Below, piece after piece: positions 18,115-28,413 of a stretch of 64,000 nucleotides of DNA. A program made the position numbers and the translations under genes. The stretch comes from Thermodesulfobacteriota bacterium. GTDB lineage: Bacteria > Desulfobacterota > Desulfobacteria > Desulfobacterales > SURF-7. The stretch is taken from NCBI GenBank assembly GCA_049320885.1, contig JBMORA010000018.1, forward strand, positions 1 through 64,000. Direction: 5' to 3'. Position 1 is the first letter of the stretch; the number at the start of each line of letters is the position of its first letter. The notes beneath the pieces are model-generated. The model was not told where the DNA came from and searched no databases. It saw only the letters and a program-made list of their open reading frames with translations.

Positions 18115-18690
18115 TTAAGGGACAATAATGATATCATCACGTTGTAGCATTATATTTTGGATCAGGCTTCGTCCTTCTGCAACATCAGAGTAATCAAATT
18201 GTAATACATTGATTTTTCCATCAATTTTTCTAAAAATCTTGATTTCATCTTCTTCGGCAAAAGGATTTAAACCACCGGCCATTGCCAAGGCCTGCAGAAC
18301 GTCGGTATTACCCCGCAAATCATAGCGACCTGGCCTATTAACCCTTCCAATCAGATAGATTGCGAGGCTGTTCACCTGTTGAACTTCCAAGTGAAGAATC
18401 GGATCTGGAACATACTTTTTAACCCGCTCCTTAATTTCCTGTTGCAGCTCCGCAACCGTCTTGCCGGCTGCGATTAATTCACCGACCAAAGGAAAATAGA
18501 TTTTACCGTCAGGTAATACGATGCATTGTTTTGTCAGGGCCTCATCCTTCCATACGGAAATAAAAAGCACATCGCCTTGGCCGATTTGATAGTCCTGTCT
18601 GACCGCAGCAGACGACTTTTCAATTTCGCCAGCCAGGGGAAAAGATGGGAAAAAAAATATGTAAATGGCGATAAACAGAATTTTTTTCAT
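18115..18690 (-). CDS. Polysaccharide export protein (Wza/Poly_export + SLBB)
   Basis: YQIGQGDVLFISVW, PDGKIYFPLVG, GRVNRPG, ALAMAGG; signal peptide. Confidence 0.92.
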   Translation of the reverse strand: MKKILFIAIYIFFFPSFPLAGEIEKSSAAVRQDYQIGQGDVLFISVWKDEALTKQCIVLPDGKIYFPLVGELIAAGKTVAELQQEIKERVKKYVPDPILHLEVQQVNSLAIYLIGRVNRPGRYDLRGNTDVLQALAMAGGLNPFAEEDEIKIFRKIDGKINVLQFDYSDVAEGRSLIQNIMLQRDDIIIVP

Positions 18691-18770
18691 AACGTTTCCT
18701 CTATGTTATTTGGCATCCCATTTTATTTGAGCTGCGCCCGGCTGTCGCAGGATCGGCGAAACAGCGAATT

Positions 18771-21185
18771 TTACCTTATCGTTTTTAATTGTTGCAGCCT
18801 CTTCAGCACACGCTCCGCGTCCCTTTTCCACCCTACGTCTTTTTCTCCCTCAACCGCTTTTTCCAACTTCTCCTGCGCCTCTGCTGTTCGCCCCAGTTTT
18901 TCGTAGACCATGCCGAGATGATAGTTCACGATGTTGTTTTCCGGGGCTTCCGCTGCAGCCTGTTCTATAAAAGTCAGCGATTTGTTATAATCTCCCATGC
19001 GGTAATGAATCCAACCTAGCGTGTCGGCAACCATTGGATCTCTAGGGCGGAGCTTCATGGCTTTCTCCCCCAATTCAAGGGCTTTTTTCAGATCCCCCTC
19101 GGAAACGGAATGCTCGCCCAGCAGATAAGCTAGGTTGTTCAAGGCGGTCCAATTGTTCGGATTGGTCGCGACCAGTTTTTCATAGACTGACCTGGCCTTT
19201 TGATGATCGCCACTTTGTTCATGAAGTCCGGCCAGTGAGAGCGCGGCGGCCACGTTAGTGGGATCTGCCTGATAGGCCTTATCGAATTTTGCGACGGCTT
19301 CATCCTTTTTGCCCATCACCAGATACAGTTGGGCAATGTTGTTATGGGGTGTCTGCCATTCGGGTTGATAATCGATGGCTTTCAGGAAAGCAGTTTCCGC
19401 CCTTACGAAATCACGCTTGGCGGAATACACATTCCCCAACAAATTATAGTTGAAAGCCGCCTCCTGGGGTTTCTGTTTTATCCGATCCTCGCACACCTGA
19501 ATGGCCTTGTCGAATTGCTGGGTGGCATTATACAGGCGGACAAGGCCTGACAATATCTCAGCGGACTGTCCCGTTCTGGCATATCCGTTCTCCAGCTCGG
19601 CAATCGCCCCCTCCAACTTGTTCTGCCTTGCCTTCAGCTGCGCCGTTCGAATATAGCCCAAGGGTAAATCCGGTACCTGGTTCTTCACCATCTCGTATTG
19701 AACGGCTGCATTGCTGAAGTCACCTCTGGCCACATAAAAATCCCCCAAATCCAGGCGGGCTTTCGGATCCTTCGGGTCATCCTCCAAAATCGTTTTCAAT
19801 TGTTTTTCAGCGCTCGTCGGGTCTTTTTGGATCACATTCAATCTTGCCAGGGCTCGCCGCAGTTCTTTGGATCCGGGATTGCTTTTCAGCGCCGCGCTTA
19901 AAACATCCACGGCCAGATTCATTTCCTTGTTCATCACATGGGCCGCAGCGAGCTGCAAATGGCCTTCCACAAAATTCGGTTTTTCAGCCACCACGGTTCG
20001 CAAAGCGGCGACCGCGCTTACGCCGTCTCCCTTTAACATGCCGATGCGGCCTTTGGCATAGGAAGCATCTATGTTTTTACCGCTTTCCTTCAGCACTTCG
20101 TCCGTCAATTTTTCCGCCGGCTCTATCTGGCCCAGCATCAAGTAAAGACTGGTCAACGAGTTCTTGGCATTGATGAGGCCCGGATTGGCCGGATCTTTTT
20201 CAAATGTCAGGGCGTTTTTCAATACTCCCAGGGCTTCATCCGTTTTTTGCCGGCCCACCAGAAATTCGCTCATGGCGATACTCAACTGGAAGCTTTTGGG
20301 GCATTTTTCCATCCCCTTGCGTAGCATTTTTTCAGCATCGTCGATCAATTCCCGACTGGCGTAAAACTGGGCGATCTTGATATACCGCTCATCATCCTCT
20401 GGTTTTTCCGAAACCATTCTGGAAAAAAGTTCCTCTGCCTGATCCGGTCTTTCGGAATCCCAATAGATACTCGCCAGAATATACCGATAATTGGTATTCT
20501 CCGGTTCCAGTTTGATTAATTCCTGGATCGCCGTTTCCGCTTGCCGAATATCCTTGATTTCATAATAATGACGCGCCAGAGCTGAATACGCCAGTGTTGA
20601 TTTAGGGTTCCGTTCGATTCCGGCCTTTAAAACTTCCTGCACTTTTTCCGGCTGCTTCTCCAGGGCGTAGGCTGACGCCAGCATGACGTATACATCCGGT
20701 TCCGTCATTCCTTTTGTAATCAGATCCTCCAGGCTGGCAATTGCTTCCATCGCCTTTTTCTGGCTTAGCAAAACCGCGCCCTTCAGTTTCAGCGCTTGCC
20801 GACTCCCAGGGTCCAGCTTTAATACCAGATCGATTTTTTCGCTTGCCCGTTTCACATCCCGGGCAGCCAGAAACAGCTTACCCAGCTCCAAATTGGCGTC
20901 CTGGTGCTCCGGCATCAGATCGACCGTTTTACTAAAAGCGCCGAAAGCGTTCTGGAATTTTTTTGCCTTCAGCTCTGCCATTCCCAGCATATAGTAAGCT
21001 TCCGCATATTTCGGATCAATCTGGAGGGCGTTCTTGAACTCAAGGGACGCTTTGACAAAATCACCCTTTTCATAAAGCTCTTTGCCCTTGCTGTAAAATT
21101 TCTGTTTTTTTTCTTCAGGACCGCTGCAGGCTGCAATGAGACAGATCAGCAGTACCGTCATCGTCGTTGTTATGGTTTTTTTCAT
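18771..21185 (-). CDS. TPR-repeat lipoprotein (PrsT-like, PEP-CTERM system)
   Basis: Lipobox IAAC, many TPR repeats (EFKNALQIDPKYAEAYY), C-terminal LNNLAY...DTLGWI. Confidence 0.88.
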   Translation of the reverse strand: MKKTITTTMTVLLICLIAACSGPEEKKQKFYSKGKELYEKGDFVKASLEFKNALQIDPKYAEAYYMLGMAELKAKKFQNAFGAFSKTVDLMPEHQDANLELGKLFLAARDVKRASEKIDLVLKLDPGSRQALKLKGAVLLSQKKAMEAIASLEDLITKGMTEPDVYVMLASAYALEKQPEKVQEVLKAGIERNPKSTLAYSALARHYYEIKDIRQAETAIQELIKLEPENTNYRYILASIYWDSERPDQAEELFSRMVSEKPEDDERYIKIAQFYASRELIDDAEKMLRKGMEKCPKSFQLSIAMSEFLVGRQKTDEALGVLKNALTFEKDPANPGLINAKNSLTSLYLMLGQIEPAEKLTDEVLKESGKNIDASYAKGRIGMLKGDGVSAVAALRTVVAEKPNFVEGHLQLAAAHVMNKEMNLAVDVLSAALKSNPGSKELRRALARLNVIQKDPTSAEKQLKTILEDDPKDPKARLDLGDFYVARGDFSNAAVQYEMVKNQVPDLPLGYIRTAQLKARQNKLEGAIAELENGYARTGQSAEILSGLVRLYNATQQFDKAIQVCEDRIKQKPQEAAFNYNLLGNVYSAKRDFVRAETAFLKAIDYQPEWQTPHNNIAQLYLVMGKKDEAVAKFDKAYQADPTNVAAALSLAGLHEQSGDHQKARSVYEKLVATNPNNWTALNNLAYLLGEHSVSEGDLKKALELGEKAMKLRPRDPMVADTLGWIHYRMGDYNKSLTFIEQAAAEAPENNIVNYHLGMVYEKLGRTAEAQEKLEKAVEGEKDVGWKRDAERVLKRLQQLKTIR

Positions 21186-21363
21186 TTTACCCTCGGATAA
21201 GATTGAATGCTGGTAACGCACCTATAGTGAATTTATTCTAATAAATCAATATGAAATCCAACACAGAGGTCGCAACGGAATAATCTCTTTCCGTTTTGGT
21301 CTCTATCATGGTTCTTTTGAGCCTTCGTTTTGGCGCTGGGAGCTGATCCGATTTGGTTGGTTC

Positions 21364-23016
21364 TTATAGATTAAAATGAATGCCTCGAACGGCCAGGATC
21401 ATCAACGCCAGTACCGTGCTTAACGCCAATCCATCATATTCTTTCCGCAGTTCACCGATCAAGACTTCATAGCTGAACAGAAAAATGATCACTCGAACCG
21501 TAAGCATGCCTAAATTGAAAGTTTCGATATTCAAATCCGCCAGATTCGGTCCGATTAACGCAATGAACAATATCAGAAAATCCATCGGCGTCGTCTTGAA
21601 TCCTTTGGTTCTTCGAGTGAATTTCAGCGTAAAAATCACGAATATCGTCAAAACACCAAAGGAAATGTTATATACTGTAAATACTTGTGAATTAAGCCAT
21701 GAGGCAATGTCGATTTCAGCGATATAGGCTAAAAAGGGAATAATCAGATACAATGATAGCCTGATCACACTCCCAAGGAATTCAATTACGAATAATCGAA
21801 TCCATACAATCAGAAAAATAAAGATTAAAGCGATAACCGGCAGATAAAGCGGCATTGCCGATGGAATGAAGCATGTGAGAAAAAATAAGGTGGGAAGTCC
21901 ATACTTCAAAATCCGAAACGATACCTTTATGGCGATATTTTGTTCTTTTATCGCCTTTAGCCGTCCTTTGATGACCCTGTCAAACAGGTCGTATCTTTTG
22001 AATTGCCAACTAGCTCGGTCGGCAAGTAAAAAACCGGCAATAATAGTGCCCGAAAAGCCGCAGTATACTATCAACAGAAACCATTCGGAATAGAACCTGA
22101 ATATGTAAGCAGAACTGACCAAACAAGCTTGCAGAACATAGATAATAAACACAGCTTCGGAATGAAAAAAACCAAGCCGGATCAATTTATGATGAAAATG
22201 GTTCTTATCAGCTACAAATGGCGAGTGTCCTTTGGCGATACGTTCGGTCATGACCACCAATGTGTCCAAAACCGGAAACCCGATAATAATCAAGGGGAGA
22301 ATCGGGCTATAAGGTGAGTCCGATTGTGTAAGCTGAAGAGAAAAAGCAATGGCGAGAAATCCTAATAGCTGACTGCCGGTATCCCCCATGAACACACTTG
22401 CAGGATGGGTATTAAAGCGTAAAAAACCAAAAATGGTTCCGGTAATGGCGATGGCCATTACGGAAATCTCTGTATTCTCAGTTTTATAAGCCAGAAAACC
22501 GATGCAAACAAAGCACAGCATGGAGATCCCGCCGGCTAAACCATCCAAGCCATCGGAGAGGTTGATGGCATTGGTGACACCGATGATGACGAGTAAGGTC
22601 AAGAGGATTGAAACCGATTCAAAAACGATTCCTTCAAATTGAATGGGAATCAGGCTTCCGAAAGAGCGTATTAAAACGTTTCCATGGCTGACCAGTACCA
22701 AGGCGGCTGAAATCTGCCCAACAAGTTTAATTTTATATCCCAGGTTTTTCAAATCATCTGCCAAACCGAAGGCGACAAGAATTCCGGCGCCAATGAGAAC
22801 TGATTGGATGAAATCACTAGTCGGCAGCCATAGTATGATGGGTATGCACCAGCCAATTGCCATAGCGAGTCCGCCTGTTCTAGCAATTGGAACTTTATGT
22901 ACCTTGCGCTCATCCGGAAGATCGACGAAGTGAAATCGTATGGCGATATTCCGGAATATGGGGACAAGCAGAATACTGATAAACATGGACAAAAGAAGAG
23001 AGATAAGGTATATCAT
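21364..23016 (-). CDS. MraY/WecA-family undecaprenyl-phosphate sugar-1-phosphate transferase with extra C-terminal TM region
   Basis: RKVH...GGLA, GLADD, NAINLSDGLDGLAGG, FMGDTGS, DKNHFHH motifs. Confidence 0.92.
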   Translation of the reverse strand: MIYLISLLLSMFISILLVPIFRNIAIRFHFVDLPDERKVHKVPIARTGGLAMAIGWCIPIILWLPTSDFIQSVLIGAGILVAFGLADDLKNLGYKIKLVGQISAALVLVSHGNVLIRSFGSLIPIQFEGIVFESVSILLTLLVIIGVTNAINLSDGLDGLAGGISMLCFVCIGFLAYKTENTEISVMAIAITGTIFGFLRFNTHPASVFMGDTGSQLLGFLAIAFSLQLTQSDSPYSPILPLIIIGFPVLDTLVVMTERIAKGHSPFVADKNHFHHKLIRLGFFHSEAVFIIYVLQACLVSSAYIFRFYSEWFLLIVYCGFSGTIIAGFLLADRASWQFKRYDLFDRVIKGRLKAIKEQNIAIKVSFRILKYGLPTLFFLTCFIPSAMPLYLPVIALIFIFLIVWIRLFVIEFLGSVIRLSLYLIIPFLAYIAEIDIASWLNSQVFTVYNISFGVLTIFVIFTLKFTRRTKGFKTTPMDFLILFIALIGPNLADLNIETFNLGMLTVRVIIFLFSYEVLIGELRKEYDGLALSTVLALMILAVRGIHFNL

Positions 23017-23079
23017 CTATCCAGCAGCCGAATTCTTTTTATTAGTAATTCAGAATTTTCTTAACAATTTCTTTAAAAG

Positions 23080-24702
23080 TCAATCCGGTAAGTATTGGGA
23101 AAGAATTGGAATGACATCCTTAGTAAATTTTGTTAAGCGCTCTTCAGCCTCTATATTGCTCTCGCCATCATATATCGGTGTTATTAATCTTATCATGGCA
23201 CCATCAGTTCTTTGCCGAGTCAGTGCATCCCAAAAATTATATAGTTTCATTTGATATGCGTTTGTCAGAATTCTACCACGCATTGAAAACCAGAAATAAA
23301 CGAGCTGTTGTATATCAAATTGCTGCATGATGGCTCGGTTGATTATTTTTGTCTCCATTTCACCAGTACCGGTCAATTCCACTTTTCCTGCTTGCTGGAA
23401 AATCCATCCGCTGCTTGGCAGGCAGGTTTCCGGCGAGTGGATGGATTCCGCTTTTCTCTGACTTTCATAGTATGCGGCATAAAAATTAATGGATTTACCG
23501 TCATTTCTTTGATAGTCGACGAGAATATACTCACTCAAGTGCAAAGCCTGAAGAATATTTTCTTCCATTTTTTGGTTTGTACCGGTCCACTCTCCGATTA
23601 CGAGCGGAAATTGATCAAATGACTTCCGAATGGGAACCCTTTCTCGGAAATCGACGTTTTGATGAATGAGAATAGTGGCGCACATCAAAAGAACGGCAAT
23701 TACCGATTGAGGATTTTTAATCAGAGAAAGAAGCGCCTTTGGGGTTTTCAATTTTTCCTTGAATTCTTCTTTACATTCCGAGGACTGTTCTTCTTTTCCT
23801 GTTTTATACTTGTTGTCCAATTCTTTTATGTCTTTTTCAGGGAAAACCTTTCCTAAAATCCAGATTTCTCCTACAAGAACACCCAACGAAACCATAAAGA
23901 TCAGCCATCCGGAAAAACCGTGGAAAAATCCTTCTGCGACTTGTGCTCCCCACAACTCATAAAGAATGCCCGTCATGGCAATTCGCAGGCTGTTCGTGGC
24001 AATTGATAATGGTATCGTTGAAAACACAATTATTATTTTTTTCCAGAATTGCGATCGATAAAAATACGTTACAAGAATTCCCAGGACAAAAAGCGGAATG
24101 ACGTACCGTAGCCCGCTGCAGGCATCCACAACCTGCAATTTGGTAAATCCGAGATCGATGATATTGCCTTCCCGATAGGCCGATAATCCATAGGCCTGCA
24201 TCAGTTTCACACCAATCAAGCTGGAAATCAGCTTCAAACGGACCAAAATTTTCTGGTATAAAAAGTTTGGCAATGGGAACATCGTGAGCATTATCAAAAA
24301 AGGGAAAAACAGCTTTCTTATATTCGCCCATCCGATATGCATCCAACTCAATCCAAGGATGGCAAGCCAAAATGATATATAAATAGTGAAAAACTCCCCA
24401 CCCAACTCTCCAACCCAAAAAATAACAATACCCGCCATAAAAACAAAAACACCCGGCCAAGAAGAATAAAATTGACTGTGTGTCAAGTCATCGCGCTTGT
24501 CATAGACCAGATACAGCACAACGAAGGGGATCAGGTAACAATAACTGTAATCCTCTTTCATGCCCCACTGCTCTATCATCACTGCGAGGGAGGAGTAATA
24601 GATAGCGATCATCAAAGCGATATAAACTATCACTCTGATATAAAATTCAGGTGATATGCATCGCAGTACTTGCGAAATCGCTACAGCATGTAATTTTTCC
24701 AT
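23080..24702 (-). CDS. Exosortase fused to an EpsI domain (XrtD-like architecture)
   Basis: REGNII, VVDACSGLRY (catalytic Cys), NSLRIA (Arg), FHGFSGW (His); C-terminal EpsI-type IHSPETCL and RTDGA. Confidence 0.9.
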   Translation of the reverse strand: MEKLHAVAISQVLRCISPEFYIRVIVYIALMIAIYYSSLAVMIEQWGMKEDYSYCYLIPFVVLYLVYDKRDDLTHSQFYSSWPGVFVFMAGIVIFWVGELGGEFFTIYISFWLAILGLSWMHIGWANIRKLFFPFLIMLTMFPLPNFLYQKILVRLKLISSLIGVKLMQAYGLSAYREGNIIDLGFTKLQVVDACSGLRYVIPLFVLGILVTYFYRSQFWKKIIIVFSTIPLSIATNSLRIAMTGILYELWGAQVAEGFFHGFSGWLIFMVSLGVLVGEIWILGKVFPEKDIKELDNKYKTGKEEQSSECKEEFKEKLKTPKALLSLIKNPQSVIAVLLMCATILIHQNVDFRERVPIRKSFDQFPLVIGEWTGTNQKMEENILQALHLSEYILVDYQRNDGKSINFYAAYYESQRKAESIHSPETCLPSSGWIFQQAGKVELTGTGEMETKIINRAIMQQFDIQQLVYFWFSMRGRILTNAYQMKLYNFWDALTRQRTDGAMIRLITPIYDGESNIEAEERLTKFTKDVIPILSQYLPD

Positions 24703-24764
24703 TTAACAATCATCCTGATGGTCATAAGTTTTATGAATGGAGGGCATCAAAACGTTTAGGCGGA

Positions 24765-25556
24765 TTACAGATCGTTTTTCATTCCTCTTTTCATTTGTTG
24801 CATTTTTTCTTTTAATATCCAGAACAGGAATTTTGGCGCGGATTTCATATTCCTCTCCCACAATCTTACGGGTTCGTGCAAAAAACGTGGCAACCACTCA
24901 AGCCCAATACTGCACCAAAATCGCGATGCTCGTTTCTTCGTCCCTGCGTAAAATTCGAAAACCGCCCCGATAGCTCCGATAAAAGGCACGCTCAGCTTAT
25001 CCCGATTCTGATAAATCCATTTCTCCTGTTTTGGAGCTGTCATCCCAACCCAAAGAACATCCGGTTTGGCTATATTGATGGCATTCACCATCTGGATTTT
25101 TTCGTCTTCGGAGAAATCGGGTTTGAACGGGGGAGAGAAGGTGCCACAAACGCTTATGTTTTCATATTCGATGTTTATTTTATTCGTAATACGTTCCAGG
25201 ACATCATTTGTAGAACCAAGAAAAAAATATCTCGCGCCGCCTTCTTCTGCGAGTGTTTTGTTCAGTCCCTGAAAAAATTCGAACCCGGCTACTCTCTGGT
25301 AAATGGGTAGGCCCAGAATTCTAGCGGCGAGAATAATACCAATTCCATCGGGGAGGAGAATATCCGCCTCTTTTAACGCCGAAGCAAAAACCTTATCATT
25401 TGCGGCAACCACAAGGGAGTGGGGATTAGCACATGCCGCATACCGATTATTCCTTCCGGATTGCATCAATTGTAAAGCCTGGGCGATATCGCCCCGGAAA
25501 CCTCTATTGCTTATCCGGTAACCCAAAAGGTTTGAGGTGGTCAGATTCTCTTTCAT
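24765..25556 (-). CDS. WecB/TagA/CpsF family glycosyltransferase
   Basis: ANPH, PDGIG, WVGMTAPKQEKW, GLEWLPR motifs. Confidence 0.92.
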   Translation of the reverse strand: MKENLTTSNLLGYRISNRGFRGDIAQALQLMQSGRNNRYAACANPHSLVVAANDKVFASALKEADILLPDGIGIILAARILGLPIYQRVAGFEFFQGLNKTLAEEGGARYFFLGSTNDVLERITNKINIEYENISVCGTFSPPFKPDFSEDEKIQMVNAINIAKPDVLWVGMTAPKQEKWIYQNRDKLSVPFIGAIGAVFEFYAGTKKRASRFWCSIGLEWLPRFLHEPVRLWERNMKSAPKFLFWILKEKMQQMKRGMKNDL

Positions 25557-27799
25557 TTGTTAAGTTTCAAATATGATCGAATCATTAAGAATGCCTCTCT
25601 CGGAACCTGATCAACTTGATTCTGATTCCTCTGAAGTCCAATTTTATCAATGGGTATTGGTTTAAATCCCTTTTTCAAGGCAGGAGATCGACTAGATAGC
25701 CGATAATCCTTTTTATCTATATCCTTGAAAATCGGATCGGCGACTATGCTGTTGCGATCCAGTCCTTTTTCTTTCCACAGACTCCACTGCATACCAGGCG
25801 GTTTTTTAAGATAAGGAATGAACAGGCCTTTACCTCCATTGTAGATCGTATTGTAATCCGATTCAGTGCCCGTAAAATCAAAATCATTGAATATACCGTA
25901 CAGCGGCGACGACTTTTCCGGATAGTAAATTATGTTCCTAACAAATCTATTACCAGACATTTTAGCGCCGGTTTTTTCATCCGTGATGGTTGCAAGCCTA
26001 GGATATTTTGTGTTTTTCGTTTCACGCACCTTTGCATTCATCAAGGGAAGCCATTTCTTTGAAACCGGATGCTCCGGAAGCCATGCAGAGTATACCATTT
26101 GACCCAATCTGCCACCATCTATGATGATATTATTTTCGACCTCATTATCTCTTCCACCGTGTATGAAAATGCCACCGCTTGCAATATTTTCTACTATATT
26201 CCCGAAAACTCTTGTTCCGCTCGTCCAGTCATCCAAGTAGATACCGTAGGTATCAAAAAAAGTTTTCCAGTTTCCGGTGGCCTTATCAAACCCGAATCCT
26301 CCGCTATCATGAAGATAATTGAATTGCACCACATTACCACGTTTTGTCCAATCGATCTGGCTGCAATAGATAATTCCGCTGTCTTGGGTTTCTCGATTGA
26401 CATCGTAAATATGATTGTATTCAATCAGGTGCTCATTGCCGTCAAAACGGATCCCCATTCGTGGCGTTGAATAAATCAGGTTGTGAGAAATGATATTCCC
26501 AATTCCTCTACAGTCGACACCGGCTCTGTTTTTGATTATCCTCCCGATATGATGGATGGTATTATTTTGGATACGATTGTTTGAAGGAATCAGTTTTTCT
26601 TGATCACCCCCCGAAACTTTTACCCCTATACCGCCTATTTCGTATATCCAATTTTCAGCAGCCATGTTTTCATAGCCATTCTGAATTTCAATCCCATTAT
26701 CACCCGCATTATAAATCGTGTTCTCTATTACAGCCGTCTTTTCTGCGTCCCTGATTACTATAGCGCTGCCTTCACATCCATCCATTGTAAACCCTTCGAT
26801 TCTGATATTGGATGGAGTTCCATAATAATTTTTCCCAAGTTTTTTGCCCCTGATTTCGATTATCGATCCTACAACTGGGATGGATACGGTTTCCAAACTC
26901 AAATCATTCTGGGGCCAAAAATACAGTTCCTTATCTTTTTTGTTGAAATACCATTCTCCTGGCGAATCAAGTTCTTCAAAAATGTTTTGAAAAAAATATC
27001 GATTATTTTTCAGAATAGGATGAGATGTCTTTTGATGCAACACCAACATCTGCGAACTTCTATTGATATCGAAACCTTGAATAATATTATTCGTCCAATT
27101 ATTTCCTGGGAAAATTACGATTTCAGCTTCCTGGGGGGTTGCCCACGTTTTTATGGAACTTTCCCCATATTGGAAAGATTTTTTATCTCCATGCTTTCCC
27201 TCATCCTCAACATACAAAAAATTTCCATTTCTATCGTCGATCGAATCTTGGTTCGGATATCTGGCAAGGATTTGTCTCTTCCCGGCGGCGAATACTTGCC
27301 TTATTGAATCTCCACTGGCAATCACTGTACCTATTTTGGCCTTGAAAATATCTCCCTGGTGGGGCACAAAATCGCGAACACCTTTCAACCCGCTTAGCAC
27401 TGGACATTCTTTTTCATAGGCTTTTATAATCAATGGGGCTGAATCTGTTCCAGAGTCCTCCGGTTCCAGAACAAGCGTCTCTTTCATCTGGTATACTCCG
27501 CCACGCACCAAAATGCTAAAGCCGTTGCATTGACCAGATTCTCTTAGTTGTCTGATTGCATTGCGAGCGCATCGTAATGTGGCAAAAGGACCGTCGCTTC
27601 TCTTTTTATCAGGCTCCGGCAGCCTTCCCGACCAATGATCGTTTCCGTTTGTGGCGACATAAAATATTGTCGTGCAATCTGTTGAATATACCACTTCAGG
27701 CCATATGACCCATCCAGTACTTAGAATCATCAAAAAGGCCATATTCCATATGTTAATTTCGGCACCCCTTATTACGCCGTCATTTTGTAGTTTATGCAT
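25553..27799 (-). CDS. Secreted right-handed beta-helix protein (possible polysaccharide lyase/hydrolase)
   Basis: FYVATNGND...DGPFAT, LARYPN, ELDSPGEWY, GIYLDD, repeated N-x-I beta-helix turns, ADPIF...YRL end. Confidence 0.8.
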   Translation of the reverse strand: MHKLQNDGVIRGAEINIWNMAFLMILSTGWVIWPEVVYSTDCTTIFYVATNGNDHWSGRLPEPDKKRSDGPFATLRCARNAIRQLRESGQCNGFSILVRGGVYQMKETLVLEPEDSGTDSAPLIIKAYEKECPVLSGLKGVRDFVPHQGDIFKAKIGTVIASGDSIRQVFAAGKRQILARYPNQDSIDDRNGNFLYVEDEGKHGDKKSFQYGESSIKTWATPQEAEIVIFPGNNWTNNIIQGFDINRSSQMLVLHQKTSHPILKNNRYFFQNIFEELDSPGEWYFNKKDKELYFWPQNDLSLETVSIPVVGSIIEIRGKKLGKNYYGTPSNIRIEGFTMDGCEGSAIVIRDAEKTAVIENTIYNAGDNGIEIQNGYENMAAENWIYEIGGIGVKVSGGDQEKLIPSNNRIQNNTIHHIGRIIKNRAGVDCRGIGNIISHNLIYSTPRMGIRFDGNEHLIEYNHIYDVNRETQDSGIIYCSQIDWTKRGNVVQFNYLHDSGGFGFDKATGNWKTFFDTYGIYLDDWTSGTRVFGNIVENIASGGIFIHGGRDNEVENNIIIDGGRLGQMVYSAWLPEHPVSKKWLPLMNAKVRETKNTKYPRLATITDEKTGAKMSGNRFVRNIIYYPEKSSPLYGIFNDFDFTGTESDYNTIYNGGKGLFIPYLKKPPGMQWSLWKEKGLDRNSIVADPIFKDIDKKDYRLSSRSPALKKGFKPIPIDKIGLQRNQNQVDQVPREAFLMIRSYLKLNK

Positions 27800-28406
27800 T
27801 TTCCCTATCAGTTGCTGTTGGTTTTGAAACTTTCATCCGTCTATCGTTTTTATCCAAAAATTCATCATGAATTTTCATTTCATCTTTCGTAAAGCGCCAT
27901 TTAATAATCCGAGCCGGATTTCCGCCAACGACAGCATAGGACGGCACATCTTTTACCACCACCGCACCGGCAGAAACGATAGCGCCACGACCGATAGTGA
28001 CCCCGGATATGATAATGGCTCCATGGCCGATCCAGACATCATCTTCTATTACAATCTTAAACTTGTCTCCACGACTTGAATCCCAAAACGTTGCACCGGG
28101 AATATCGATCCGGTGATCATCACGTCCTACCAAAGCGACGTTTCTGGCAATCAAAACATAATTTCCGATTTCAGCATCGCAATTCACGATAGTGCCGGCG
28201 CCGAATTGGACGTGGCTTCCTAAAATGATATGCCGATGGGGTGACCATAAATCCACTGACCAGGGAAGACGAACGAATCCCTTGTACTGGAGCCAAGGGC
28301 ATCTCAGTTTGCGGTATGCCCATGTCCGAAGTATCGACATATTGTATCTTAGATAATTATACCATTCCGGTCTTCCCGGACGAACATTTTTCATGGGAAG
28401 CATCAT
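27792..28406 (-). CDS. Hexapeptide-repeat O-acetyltransferase
   Basis: IVIEDDVWIG...GVTIGRGAIV...VVGGNPARII. Confidence 0.88.
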   Translation of the reverse strand: MMLPMKNVRPGRPEWYNYLRYNMSILRTWAYRKLRCPWLQYKGFVRLPWSVDLWSPHRHIILGSHVQFGAGTIVNCDAEIGNYVLIARNVALVGRDDHRIDIPGATFWDSSRGDKFKIVIEDDVWIGHGAIIISGVTIGRGAIVSAGAVVVKDVPSYAVVGGNPARIIKWRFTKDEMKIHDEFLDKNDRRMKVSKPTATDRENA

Positions 28407-28413
28407 AATGCAC

